A DNA stretch of 61,463 bases, the filler included, from Hausera hauseri (lineage: Eukaryota), in NCBI GenBank assembly GCA_046269625.1. It is 11 parts of 11 records of this genome, joined end to end, with 100 filler letters (N's around TTAATTAATTAA, not from the genome) between each part and the next. Parts side by side here need not be neighbours in the genome. Positions count along the whole stretch, not along the records: positions 1 to 4,816 come from JBJURY010425697.1; positions 4,917 to 11,267 come from JBJURY010109098.1; positions 11,368 to 16,502 come from JBJURY010324828.1; 8 more parts are not named here. One strand, written 5' to 3'. Shown here in pieces: positions 1 through 11,879 of the stretch. The number at the start of each line of letters is the position of its first letter. Within the stretch, counting starts at the first letter, position 1. The position numbers and the translations under genes are program-made. Under the pieces are notes generated by a model. The model was not told the origin of the DNA. It worked only from the letters and a program-made list of their open reading frames with translations, and did not search any database.

Positions 1-876
1 TGACAAAAGTATTATAGTAGAGAAACTGAAAAGATTGTGATCAGACCTTTTGTTATTTAGTGAACTGTTGGTTGAGATTGTGTCATTGAAACAATACCTG
101 TAATGTGTGTGCATAGACAACATCTATACAGTGGCGAGAGGAAGTCACTCACATAGAGAACACAATCATCATTCCATCCACATTTTTTTAATTATTACAG
201 CATGTCCGTAAATACGTTAATAAAGTAATTGTTGTCATTAACTCCGAACCTAGCCTTGAGTCACCAGTTTGAGCTCCATGAATGTGGAGGAATGTGCGTG
301 AGGTTGGTGTTAGTAAATAAAGGAGGTCATACACTGCCGATTACGACCGCCGAATGAACATATCGCAAGTTGTCCATACACTAATAATACGACATATAAA
401 AGGAGGAAAAGGTTTACTACTAATACATATGCCTTGCATTATAATATTCATAATCGGCCAGCGAAAACTGACAACGATCAGTGACAACGCCATTGACTAG
501 TGTCATTTCTTTTAGTCATTTCACACAGTCTGTCACATATTCTATTCTATTTACGTTTCAGATTAATTTAGCTTTTGCTTTTCGTTTATTACTGTTACGT
601 CAATATGGTTATTAGTTTTTCGAATAGATTTTACCGTATTTCAGTAATGACAAAGTCTTTTATTCAATAATGACATTGAATTATTTCATATCAAATTAAA
701 TCCGAAACCGTCTTGCTCTTATTTTAGCTTCTAGAATGTCCGTTTTAAATATGCCCATACGATGTGAAAGAGCAGGTTTTGAATTAAATCAAAGATTCAC
801 CATTGTGTTTATTTCAAGTTGATAAATAAACCTTAATAAGCTCATGATCTTTTTGAGTAAAAAACATTACTCGGGG

Positions 877-1290
877 TTAGTTAGTTAGTTAGTCAACAGG
901 TAGTCATTATTGCATGCGGAACAAGTCCTTAAGTGCTCCGACCTCCTCCTCAGTAGCTCTCGAAGCACACGACGACAACAGTTCCAGTTCTGTATTGATC
1001 AAACAAACATCGGGTACCTCTTGCGTGACGCTCATATCTAGCTGCTCCTCGCATCACCCCAAGTTCATGCATTCTGGAGAAGAAGACAGATTCTGATTCT
1101 GTAGAAAATCCTCCTTCCGGCTGATCTCGCGAAAGGCATTGAAGATGTCAGCTCGGTCCATGGTTGTGCCACTCATAACAGTAGCAGTACTCGCCAGTTT
1201 GTCTGCTCGTTTGTTTTACCTCTCACTCCTGGATGCCCGGGAAGAAAAATGAAGGTGACTCTTAGGAAATCAAACTCAAGCAGGAATTCC
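877..1290 (-). mobile_element. 3' end of an RNase H-containing non-LTR retrotransposon (I-group LINE), decayed, with (TAAC)n tail
   Basis: Minus strand reads VTFIFLPGHPGVRG/NEQADKLA (with a frameshift), matching the RNase H C-terminal motif xxPGHxGxxGNExADxLA. A (GTTA)n tract at 877-893 would be the 3' tail. Confidence 0.6.
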
Positions 1291-2059
1291 TGTTCACTAT
1301 GAATTTTTCTTTTCAGAATGTTTACCACAGACTTGAACCTCGGATCACTGTTTGTGTCTATTTCCAACTGACTAAGGGAACTTATCGAAGGTAACTTGTG
1401 GATTTATAATAACGAGTTTACAATCGTCTTATGTAGCAGACATGATACTGTTTCCTGAATCCGAAGTACCCACATTCACTAAGATTTCTCATTCTGTCTG
1501 GTGGTCTGTTAAACCATCAGGTCAATATTTTGTCTACATTGACTGAGCTTCAACAACTGACATTTTAATTTGGACAACATTATTCACCCAGGATAAAGCC
1601 AAGCTTTACTGAGAATTATTGATAGTCAGTGTGCTCCCCTTTAAAAGAACTTAACCTAACAACAAAATACACATGGAAAAAATAAAACCAAATGGTATGA
1701 CTGTCGATGAGGTAACACCCATAGCAACAAAATGACGAAATAGTATTTAATTGACAGTATGCCTTTTATGTCATGGGTACGTTGGTACTTTGACATGCCG
1801 TTCAAACAGACAATATAACACAGAGGAGAGAGAACCAAACGAAAAGGGAAAGGAACACAGTTTTAACAAAAGACATGTTATGCAAATTCACACCTTACGA
1901 GCAGTTCTTTATATTTTTAATTAGCACCAAAAACATAATTTTCTTGTTTGATTTTCAGAATAACTGAATCACTGTGTATCGCTTTAGCATGTATGCGTGC
2001 ATACATGCATACATACATATATGCATACAAAAATACGTACGTACATAGATACATGCAAA

Positions 2060-2890
2060 CATCATCATCAGCATCATCATCATCAGGTGACACGATGTGA
2101 AGCGTATGCGTTATGGATCTCCATCTCTTTCGATTCCTGGGTTTCCGAGTATTCTCTGCTGTTGACTTACTTCCGGGCTAACTAAGCAAACCATCCAGGC
2201 ACTTCATCCTCTGGTTCGACTACTTCTACTTCGTGGTATTTTGCCTGCGGTGAGCCAGTTCTCGAGACCTTCTGTTCTTAAAACATGGCTTATCATAGAT
2301 GTTTGTCTCTTTCTGATTTTACTGATAAACGTTCTTTCCTGCGTCTGCTTCGTGTAAATCATCTTCATTTGTTCTCTTTGCTGTCCAAGGGATTTTCTTC
2401 AACATCTATGTTGCTTTTAAAGATGTTCCAATTGTGTACTCAATGTTCAAGATTTGCAGCCATACATTAATATGAGTTCGATATAACACAGCATGACGCG
2501 CTTTCTCAACAGTAATGGCAGATCTGACGTACACAATATGCTTTTCATTTTCTGGAATATTGTTAATGCAATTCTATTTTTGATTTGCGTGTCACATCTA
2601 CCTCTGATGTTATGATAATTCCTAGGTATTTCCACTTTTGCATTTGTGGTCGTTTTTATCGTTACATTGCACAACTGTGGTTCTTTCTTCTTAGAGCCTG
2701 TCATCGTTACTGAATTTTTTTTTTGTTTTGTGTGTTTAAGCTGAGTCCATTCTTTTCACGTTCAGTTATTGCCGTTTTAGGCATCTCTTGTAAATCCCTT
2801 TTGTTCTTTCCTATTAGCACAGTGTCATCTGTATAGCGTACGTTATTTAAATTATATCCACCAACTTTTAATCCTGGCAAATCGTTTATT
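2060..2890 (-). mobile_element. 5'-truncated RTE-clade LINE reverse transcriptase fragment
   Basis: Minus strand reads GLKVGGYNLNNVRYTDDTVL (YADD-type motif, ~2820-2870), then GRCDTQIKNRIA...KMKSIL...LRKRVMLCYI..ILMYGC, typical of the RTE C-terminus. (TGA)n tail at ~2060-2085. Frameshifted. Confidence 0.8.
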
Positions 2891-4189
2891 TTGTCTTATT
2901 TCCACCTGGTTATAATATTCGAATAGATTTTACCTATTTCAGTAATTATTATTATTTCATCTAACCGTTAGATGTTTTCAATTGAAATATAATCCAAAAA
3001 ATGAGTTTGTAGCTCACTCAACTTTTGGGACACCGTATCGAATTTTTATCATAGAAATGTAATTTGACAGTGACCCTTTTTGAGTTACTCGTGATAATAA
3101 TGGTGGAATCGACTACAGATATACAACTACTTTTACATTGAACATGGCAATACTAACTCCTTGATTATAACTCATTGACATTTCAATCTTACATATTTAA
3201 TTGTATAATTGAAACAATTAAAAGATGACAAATGAACAGCAATGAAAAAGACAGCTACATGCATATTTCATTATTCTGCTTTTTATAGTGACACTTTCTA
3301 CCCTTTTACCTTCCAACAACCTCTTCTCTTCTCGGATTCTAATCATACTCTCCTCACAACGACGTAGTATGAGCCTGACTAATAGTCTGCATATACCCAC
3401 GGTTTAATCACCTACTCAGTACATTTCATTGAAATATTCCTTAATCATACATCATATCCAAATAATAAATGTCAAAATATATTAACTCCTGGAATAAAGA
3501 ATAACGCTTCTCTATTACAATTCTTAATTTCTCAAAACAGTGCCCTTTCCTCATTAGAGGTCATTCCTCATCACAGTGCAAAGTTTGCGACCGAAACCTG
3601 TAATCAATTTTCATAGTTCAACTAGCCATTCTTAATCTAGTATACGGTCTTCGTCTTTGGACAATTCTCTGCACGTCACAGAAGACTACAGGTGTCTTGA
3701 TGGTTTGATATCATAGTGTCCAATCGTTTTCTCGATCAGCGCCTGTTCAATATTGTTAGTGCAGCATCTACTTCTCCAGCTTCTCAATGCCCTTGATGCC
3801 GATAATATTCCATGATTCTCATTTTCACATTATTGAAGCTCAGTCGCTCATGCTATTGAAGGCTATTTTTTAAACTGACTTGTCCAATAAATATACTAAC
3901 TGGTAAATGTAACGAACTACAAACATGTCTGATTTACGCCGTGGAATGTGATTTAATTTTAAAAGCTTCATTGTGTCTTCTTTTCTGTGGCTTTACCAGA
4001 CATTGTTTATTTATGTCATCATCTTTTAAACTTCTTTTATATTAATTACTCTCCCTTTTGCCATTATCTTTTCATCTTTTTTAAAAAAGACCTTATTCCT
4101 GACAATACAATCACTTGACTACTACTACTCCATAACAATATCTTGCCATTGCTATTTTACGCGTTATAAGAATTATAGTTCTGGTACAT

Positions 4190-4485
4190 GAATCAGAACC
4201 AGGATCAATTTTATCTTGAATTTGATCCACAGACATGGACCTCGAGGTCCTATTGACTTTCATCCCAAAATCTGGTATTGTGCAGTTTTAGAAAAGCTGA
4301 TGTGGGCTGCCATATAGGACACTGCCTATATTTAGTTTGCCTGGGCAACAGAGTCTATCTTATCTTCTATAGTATGGGGGACGGACAGCAGGTGATGTTC
4401 CGCTGACTGATATAGGTGTCTACATCATTCTGTAATTTGTAGGTCTAGTCTGCTCCTGAGGGAATGTAATATGGAATGACCAGTT
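4190..4485 (-). mobile_element. Possible decayed LINE 3' end (CCHC zinc-knuckle region)
   Basis: Minus strand GHSILHSLRSRLDL...CRH...AEHHL resembles the TGH...C..C...EH.L..C terminus of I-group LINEs. Heavily disrupted. Confidence 0.3.
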
Positions 4486-4510
4486 TTTAACCTGAAGCTT
4501 TATGTTTAGT

Positions 4511-4733
4511 CATCATCATCATCCGTTCCGTAACCTATGGTGGTCCTTGGGGCACATTCAATGATTCCAAACGACTTTTCTCGATTCATCTTGGTATTTT
4601 GCTGTGTTCTTTGATGCGGTCAGCGTCAGCCCTGCTTATTCCTTGATATTATCCTCCCACCGTTTCTCCTGTCGACCCTGTTTTCTCCCATCTGGTACAG
4701 TACAGGATTGTTTTTTCAAGATCGTTTGATCTT
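4511..4733 (-). mobile_element. RTE-clade LINE extreme 3' fragment
   Basis: Minus strand RSNDLEKTIL.../GRKQGRQEKRWEDNIKE*AGL matches the RTE terminal motif KTILQG...GRQ.KRW.DNI.EW. (TGA)n tail at 4511-4522. Confidence 0.7.
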
Positions 4734-4752
4734 GTTAGTTAGTTAGTTAGTT

Positions 4753-4816
<64 letters not shown>
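4733..4816. repeat. (TTAG)n microsatellite running into the contig end
   Basis: Direct reading. Same unit as the LINE tail at 877-893. Confidence 0.95.
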
Positions 4817-4916
4817 NNNNNNNNNNNNNNNNNNNNNNNNNNNNNNNNNNNNNNNNNNNNTTAATTAATTAANNNNNNNNNNNNNNNNNNNNNNNNNNNN
4901 NNNNNNNNNNNNNNNN
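4817..4916. other. Artificial contig linker
   Basis: 44 N + TTAATTAATTAA (stops in six frames) + 44 N. Confidence 0.98.
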
Positions 4917-6480
4917 TGTTGCTGCATCTTTTTAATATCCAAAATACCTGCAACGCTCAAGGTTTGTAAAAATTTTACCTTTGTCTTTGTCATTTTTGCT
5001 CCCACATGTCTAGTTTGGCATTAAGCACATAGAGCTTCCGCTATCCGAGATACTCCGTCTGCGTTTGTATGTTCACTGCCTCGACGAAACTGCAGCTGAA
5101 AATTGAAGGTGGCCATATCTTTAACCCATGACTGGAATTGTGGACTTAAAGGTTTTGTCGATTGAGTCATGAACACCAAAGCCTTATGATCTGTGCGGGA
5201 TACGAACTGATTCCCATACAAATGATGTTTGAAGTGTAGCATAAACGCCCGTAGTGCGAGAAACTTCTCCTTAGTTACACAGTATCCCTTCTCATGGTCA
5301 TTCAGTGTCCTGGAACCATATGCCACAACACGTTCGGTTCCGTCATCTTGTAATTGACTAAGAACGCCTTCTATAGCTGAAAAACTCGCATTTGTGTCGA
5401 GGATCATGGGTCGGTCCGTGTTTGGAAAACATAAAACTGGAGTCGTTGTCAATTGTTGTTTCAATTCTTTGAAGCTGGCTTGACACTCTTTTGACCAGTG
5501 GAAATTATCTTTAGCTTTCGTGGTTGCATACAGTGGCGCCGCAATCTGAGCAAAATCTTTGATAAACCTTTTATAATAATTTTCTAAGCCTAAGAATGAT
5601 TGTAACTGAGTGACACATCTTGGAGAGGGTGCTTCTCGAATTTTGACAATCTTGTAATTATTGTTTTCTACGCCGTCTCCACTTACCATATGCCCCAGGA
5701 ACTGAACTTTCGATTGTTTCAGATAACATTTTTCTGGTTTAATCTTCATCCCTACTTCAGCAATTTTCTGGAATACTTTCTCTAAACGGAAGTCATGCTC
5801 GATATTCGTCTTTCCGTAAACCAATATATCACCCAGGTATACTATAACCCCTTTATACAGCATTCCCTCAAAACTTATGTGTATCAGTCTTTGAAACGTC
5901 GCAGAAGTCGTGCATAACCCAAACGGCAATCGATTAAAATAGAACTGACCCATCTTTGTGCTAAACGCTGTCTTCACTTGAGGTTTCTGTTAACTCTACC
6001 TGATAGTATGCGTTGCCGAGGTCTATTCTTCAAAAGACTGTCGCACATTGTAAAGCATCCAAGAGTCCATAAATATCCGGAACTGGAAACGTAAACTTCT
6101 TAGTAAGTGCGTTCAACTTCCTAAAGTTCATGCACATGTGAATGGACCCGTCTTTTTAGGTATTACCACAAGTGGTGTATTCCAATGGCTTTGGCATGTC
6201 CTAATTGTGGTGCCAACGGCGGCCAGTGCCCTTTGGCCTATTTGGTCCGGCGCGGCCGGGCGTCCGTTGCCGTCGCGTCGGGCCCATAGTCGGGCCCGAT
6301 TTTCCGCCTCTAAATCGACTGTCAAGAAAAACGCATGTACTATAAGTAATCGTTGTGGTGCCCGAATCGAATGTTTGCCCTCTGGCCCATTCGATTGGGC
6401 ACGGCCGGGTTTTCCGCTGCCGACGCGTCAGGCACATAGGCAGGTCCTGATTTTCTGCCATGAAAATGAAACCCCACACT
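4917..6480 (-). mobile_element. Ty3/Gypsy pol fragment (RT + RNase H), frameshifted
   Basis: WNTPLVVIPKK, then IDLGNAYYQV, KTAF...RLPFGL, YLGDIL (YLDD mutated), FLGH, FLGL.NYY, and RNase H TNAS/TDHKAL/NADGVSR. The main ORF is 5021-5977. Confidence 0.92.
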
Positions 6481-7877
6481 ATTGAGGAAGATCTTTTATT
6501 ACCAGCTATGAAGAAAGTCGTTGAAATTAAGAGTGACCCAAAGGAGGTGGCAAATGCCTAATGCTTTGCCGTCGTCCGGCGGTGCAGTTCAAAGAAGGAT
6601 TGACTATATGTCGGCTGATGTTGTTGCTAAGATTGTCTCTAGAATTTCAGCCTCCCAATATTCTTAATACGATCAGTGGCTTTTGTCCGTTATAATTCGG
6701 AGAATGTTTTCTGTTCTAAAAACCGTTCCCCATTCATGTCGATGCCAAGATATGTTTCAGCTGCTTTACTTGTGTTGTTAAAAGAAGTTTGATTTATATT
6801 AGTCGAACGATTTCGAAAAATCTATCACAATCCATTGCTGCTGTAACAACTTCAAAAATAATTAACAGTTATACTTCAATCATTTTGTACCAAACCATTG
6901 TTGTCCTTTTCAATAATTGTCACACCAAATTTTTCCTTATACACAAAACAATATTTTTATTTAGTCTACTAATTTTAAACTCTTTCTCTTAATTATGGAG
7001 AGCCTTTTTATTTATGAATGAAGGTTAATAGAGCTAGTCACTAATTTAATTAATGAGATGAGTCTGACGGCTCTGCTCCCGACAGCCCAAGGATACTCTG
7101 GTCAAAATGTTACAAGCTCCGTCGAAAGGCCTGTACTCTTATTACCCAATACGTGCAAATATTCTATTCCTCTCACAAAGCAAACTATAGACTGGAACGA
7201 TAGTCTCAATGACGTGTACCACCAGTCTGTACCCGACGAACGGCCAAGTTCTGCACGATAACTGAGGAATCACCAACTTAAGAGCCCACTTAAAAGTTAC
7301 AAAAAGTCAACCACTCAGTATTTTACCAATCACTGCCTTTATAAAATTATTACTTTTAACTGGATTTGGCTGTTCTCTGAATTGTCCAAATCTCAGTTAA
7401 GGATCAGTCAAATTTAGTTCTCAAACAATATATTTTAGGGCTCGTCTAAATAATTTACAAAACGAACAGTTATGACAATTATGGGTTAAGAAAAAGAGAA
7501 GATAAAAGAAAAACCCACTTTATCAATAATACTCGTCAATTGGAGAGCCCGTTCTTAATCGTTCTTTGTTAAGCTTTCGTAAACCATCAATAGTAGCGTT
7601 AGCAAAAAGAACACAACTCTATATATTTATTCTACTATTCTTTTTTGTTTTACCATCAGTATATATATTTGACTCGATGAAGGAAATTAATTATCGTCTA
7701 GACAGTACACAAAAAATCCATTAATCTACACAAAGAAAATCAAAAAAAAAGTCTGAGACATCCATTATCCGCAACACAAGGGGGGATCATAGTTAGCGCC
7801 TTCCACTGGCGTGATAATGTCAAGGAAAATAATGTCGTACCAAAGCAAAGGTAATCATATCATACGGAATGTTATAG

Positions 7878-9614
7878 TTAAGGAGAATCAAGGATAATCT
7901 GATCGGTCCAAGCAGAAAAATCAGCACTGTCCTTCGGTAGATTACATGCCGCGGCAACCGCGGCCTGTTGGTGAAATGAATTGAGGGGCAAGGTATCCAT
8001 TTGCGGGTCATCGGCGTCAGTTGGTACTAATGGACGATGAAAAGAAGGGTTTATGGGTGGGTTTTCTAATAGGGAGAATTGCGACCAGTCACAGTGGGGT
8101 ATAGAGGTAAGGGGTTTATAGGGTAATTTTGTAGTAAGGGTGGGTAAAAATTGGGGACGCCAGGGAGTAAGTAGATCACTAGAATGGCGTCTTTCTTTGT
8201 ATACATCGTGGGCTATCAGAATCATATACTCAGCATTCATTTTCCCTGGAATATAATACTCAAAGGATTTATACAATCTATTAAAGGGAACGATGCCATT
8301 TTTGGTATGATTAAGATCAATGGCACCCAGTAATACGGTGTACGGCACACGCCAAAGGGTAAGGAAAAAGTGGGGGTCAAAGGTTATTAAAATTCTGCCG
8401 TATAATGCACGGTACACGTGAGCCCTAACAAGTGCAAAATCTGGGGCATAGTCTAGGTCATCCAGGGATACACCGTGACAATGTTTATCTACGTTGTCTA
8501 TCTTTTCCCTGGGTTTTACATACGTTTTATACCTAATATTGAGAGCCTCATCAGGGTCTGTAAGGAGGTCTGCTAGGTAAATTTGAACGATTAAGGGGAG
8601 ATTTCCGGAGAAGGATAGTGTGTATCCAGCGAAAAGAAGGTCCCGAATCATATAGGAATTAGGGATTCGAACATATGAATGTACAAATTGGTGTGGAGGT
8701 TGTGGAAGCCAATCTAATTCATTCAAGGGCAGTCCACTATCAGGGGAGGTATCCAAATATTGTCTCCAGGGCGGGTTGTCAGCATATTCTAACTCAAAAA
8801 ACAATAGAGATGCCTCTCTTATCGAAATAGAGATCGAGTCCGAAGACCAAACATCCGTCTTTAAAATTACGGATCTATAAGAAGATAGATATAATTTAAA
8901 TTTTGGAAGAGGGTTTTTATGAATTTCAATAACTACAGATCCGAGAGCTACGGTCAGTAAAAGGTCTTTAGGCTGTGTGGGAAAGTTCAAAATCGAAAAT
9001 TGCTGTTGTATAAGTTGATATAGGGGATGCGGTCCATAACAATGTAACCAGTGCGATATTAATATACAACGATCTTGCAAACTATTTCCTTTATACCTAT
9101 TAGGGATTGTAAATACAGAGGGGAATTTAGTGATTGTATGACGAAGCGAAGTGTTCATGCGTAAGGACCTATATGTAGAGCGGGAACGCAAGACCTCGCT
9201 GATAAAAGGAATACACGACCGATTTGGTAAATACAGGGGTATAAGAGGCATTTGCTGTAAGGAGGAAAACTGTAATCCTGGTCCTAAATTTCGAATTGGT
9301 GGAGATTGATCTAAGAGGTGAGATATGCCGGGGGGAGATAACACATTAGGGGGTTGAAGTGTTAGGGGTGATTGAATATCCGACGCGGTTATGTCAACGG
9401 ACGCCATTTCGATTTCGATCCGAATAGTAGATTGCATCCAAACCTCAGCATGTGATAAATCTGATTCTCGGGGAAATTGTAATTTTGCATTGTCGCAATC
9501 TGAGATCGGAGTTATTTGATTATTGGTGTTGGTAGAAGTCACTAAAAAATAAAAGTGGGTTTGAGAAGTATACGCCCGCACCTGAAAGTGATAGGTCGTG
9601 GCAATTCTTAATTG
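7878..9614 (-). CDS. Intact orphan ORF (~570 codons) in frame with and 3' of the env-like ORF of a Gypsy element; function unknown
   Basis: Stop-free from 9614 to 7878. Separated from the upstream ORF only by the TGA at 9615-9617. Pro-rich N- and C-termini; no motif recognised. Confidence 0.75.
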   Translation of the reverse strand, partial: QLRIATTYHFQVRAYTSQTHFYFLVTSTNTNNQITPISDCDNAKLQFPRESDLSHAEVWMQSTIRIEIEMASVDITASDIQSPLTLQPPNVLSPPGISHLLDQSPPIRNLGPGLQFSSLQQMPLIPLYLPNRSCIPFISEVLRSRSTYRSLRMNTSLRHTITKFPSVFTIPNRYKGNSLQDRCILISHWLHCYGPHPLYQLIQQQFSILNFPTQPKDLLLTVALGSVVIEIHKNPLPKFKLYLSSYRSVILKTDVWSSDSISISIREASLLFFELEYADNPPWRQYLDTSPDSGLPLNELDWLPQPPHQFVHSYVRIPNSYMIRDLLFAGYTLSFSGNLPLIVQIYLADLLTDPDEALNIRYKTYVKPREKIDNVDKHCHGVSLDDLDYAPDFALVRAHVYRALYGRILITFDPHFFLTLWRVPYTVLLGAIDLNHTKNGIVPFNRLYKSFEYYIPGKMNAEYMILIAHDVYKERRHSSDLLTPWRPQFLPTLTTKLPYKPLTSIPHCDWSQFSLLENPPINPSFHRPLVPTDADDPQMDTLPLNSFHQQAAVAAACNLPKDSADFSAWTDQIILDSP

Positions 9615-11267
9615 TCATAAGATAATACTATAATTATCATTATCGTGTCTGTGGGCCAGTTCATCGGATACAAAGTAGTTCATATTAAAATTAATGTCAT
9701 TTTGTGGGATATTTTCATACTCATTAATATAGGTTGCATAATATATTTCGTTAGATCTTTTAAAATACATGGCGAGGGAGAGACATACTATGATTACTAT
9801 GCCTGAAATACTAATTACAACTACCCATAAATAAAAGAGGGCCAATGAGTTTTGTTTTGATTTTACAAATGCACTAGTTGTTGAGGCAGGTATATTGGAC
9901 AAGAAATAGGAGGCGAACTTTTGTTTCCAATTTGTATAATTTGTTACAAATAATATGGGCTTTTCCAGACGTTTAGACGTTACTAAACGTGTTATATTAC
10001 GTCTGTGTGTTGTTAAATTTGATAAAGATTGATTAGGTGTAAATTTGATTGTTGTAGCTAGGAGATCCATTTTCGTAGGGACTATACGCGAGTTTAACAT
10101 AGCAACTCTTGGTTTTATCCATGGTGATGACCTGGATGCAAATAAATGCTTTAAGTTTAGCGTAGTATTAATTATAATTCGACGTAAGGGATTTACCAAA
10201 ACTGTAAATTGGATCCTGCATACTGAAGGCCGAAAATGGATATCTTCTTTTTTTATTATTGTAAGCTGAGGCGGAGAGGGTCCAACAGACACCAACCAAT
10301 GTTTCCCTACATACATAGCATCCAGTACTGGAGGGCTCCATCGTGTTCGTAAAGCATCAATAGAAAAATAGGGGATTGCTTTCCACAAAAATGATCCTGA
10401 TGTAAATAAGGGTTGAATAGGGGGAATCACCCAATCATATATGAAATATATGTTTGTCTCGGATATTGGCATGGTAATTTTGACCCATGTCGATTTATTA
10501 TAGTATATTGGGAAACGTGGTATATCAAGAAACAATTTTGGGGTAATAGTCCGTTTAGTAAAATTTAATCTAATTTCTTCTATTTGCACTAAAACTCCAG
10601 ACTGGCCTTCAGTCCATAAATATTGATAAGCCAAAAATGGTTCTCTCAAAATTCGGAACGAAGGAGTTCGCAAAAGAGGTGTTTCCCATCTATCGATTAT
10701 TCTCATTGAATCTTGATCAAGTAAGGCGAAAGTTTGCTGCACTGTAGGTTTGTCCACTTGGTAAAAACATGCGCCTCCAGGCGACTCAATTGTACAGAGG
10801 CCAAGAAATTCTATTGACTGGTTGGTCCAAATGTGAAATATTAAAATTTTAACAGTGTTAGTCGTATGAGGAATATTTGTATGCAGATAGGTTATCTGAT
10901 TTTGATGTCTCCATCCCATGTGTATCGCTGGTCGACCTTCATAAGTTCCCAAACAACAAATTAAAGTAAAAATAAATGTTGCGTATGAAATACAATTTCC
11001 AGTTGGGGTAGAGTAGGTTGGTAGAGTAATATCTGTTACTTTTATTTTATCTTTCTTTTCATTTTCCTGTTGTTCTATCTCTGGATTTTTACTTTTCGAT
11101 ATGGGCGGAGAAGTTAATTTGCACCATTCTGCTGCTAGACAAACAATTTCGTTACGTTTACCTACTTTCTTTTTAATAAAAATATTGTTGTCTGTAACTC
11201 GTTCAACCTGATAGGGTCCCTTCCATGGACGAGTTAATTTAGGTGATAAACCTTTTTTTGTTACATG
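9615..11267 (-). CDS. Gypsy integrase C-terminus (GPY/F) fused in frame to an env-like type I membrane glycoprotein (5'-partial)
   Basis: From the contig edge: HVTKKGLSPKLTRPWKGPYQV (integrase GPY module), then a hydrophobic CISYATFIFTLICCLG, 105 codons with no stop before the listed 445-aa ORF. That ORF has 8 N-x-S/T sequons, a C-terminal TM (LALFYLWVVVISISGIVIIVCLSLAMYF) and a 48-aa tail. Confidence 0.8.
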   Translation of the reverse strand, partial: HVTKKGLSPKLTRPWKGPYQVERVTDNNIFIKKKVGKRNEIVCLAAEWCKLTSPPISKSKNPEIEQQENEKKDKIKVTDITLPTYSTPTGNCISYATFIFTLICCLGTYEGRPAIHMGWRHQNQITYLHTNIPHTTNTVKILIFHIWTNQSIEFLGLCTIESPGGACFYQVDKPTVQQTFALLDQDSMRIIDRWETPLLRTPSFRILREPFLAYQYLWTEGQSGVLVQIEEIRLNFTKRTITPKLFLDIPRFPIYYNKSTWVKITMPISETNIYFIYDWVIPPIQPLFTSGSFLWKAIPYFSIDALRTRWSPPVLDAMYVGKHWLVSVGPSPPQLTIIKKEDIHFRPSVCRIQFTVLVNPLRRIIINTTLNLKHLFASRSSPWIKPRVAMLNSRIVPTKMDLLATTIKFTPNQSLSNLTTHRRNITRLVTSKRLEKPILFVTNYTNWKQKFASYFLSNIPASTTSAFVKSKQNSLALFYLWVVVISISGIVIIVCLSLAMYFKRSNEIYYATYINEYENIPQNDINFNMNYFVSDELAHRHDNDNYSIIL

Positions 11268-11367
11268 NNNNNNNNNNNNNNNNNNNNNNNNNNNNNNNNN
11301 NNNNNNNNNNNTTAATTAATTAANNNNNNNNNNNNNNNNNNNNNNNNNNNNNNNNNNNNNNNNNNNN
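11268..11367. other. Artificial contig linker
   Basis: Same 100-bp N/TTAATTAATTAA linker. Confidence 0.98.
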
Positions 11368-11879
11368 AAAAATTTTTTTTGTTAATGAAATATAATTAAT
11401 ACGTCGCATTAATCATATATATGGAGTTAAGACGCGTTCATGATTAAAGACTGATCACGCTAGTTACCTTTCCTGGATACTTACTTGTCTCAATCTCATT
11501 TTATTAAATTGTGATTTTTTTTATTAACCAGAATTTGTGGCGACACCCGAAACTGATGCACCACACTGAATATAGACGTACAAAAAGCCCCACCGAAAGC
11601 AGTAAATTAGAGAAGCCTAAATCGGCAGTAAAAAGTTCTCGAATTACTATTGATAAATCTGATGAGGAAATTTCGCCTCAAAAGTCTAAGTTTTAAAAAA
11701 GAAAAATGCGTCAAAAGTGGACTAGGAAGTTCTATTCATCGTCATCAAATTCTGATGAAATTATAAAGCTAAAATCTATAAAGGCTAGAGTTTCATCGAA
11801 GCTGAAGATGGTAGTTGAAAAGATAGGAAAAACTGAAGAATCATGTGATAAAAATGTATTTTTATGACCAACAGTACTC

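Noticed and set aside
1997-2185. His-rich 62-aa ORF
   Set aside because: It is a translation of (CATA)n/(CAT)n simple repeats and the antisense of an RTE tail.
4733-4816. (TTAG)n as a telomere
   Set aside because: It is not a TTAGG/TTAGGG unit, and the same tetramer forms a LINE tail at 877-893.
6727-7870. LTR + PBS joining the env-bearing element to the downstream pol fragment
   Set aside because: A PBS-like TGGCATCG follows ...AAACATATCT on the minus strand near 6747, but I could not find a PPT or a clear LTR start, so the two parts are not claimed to be one element.
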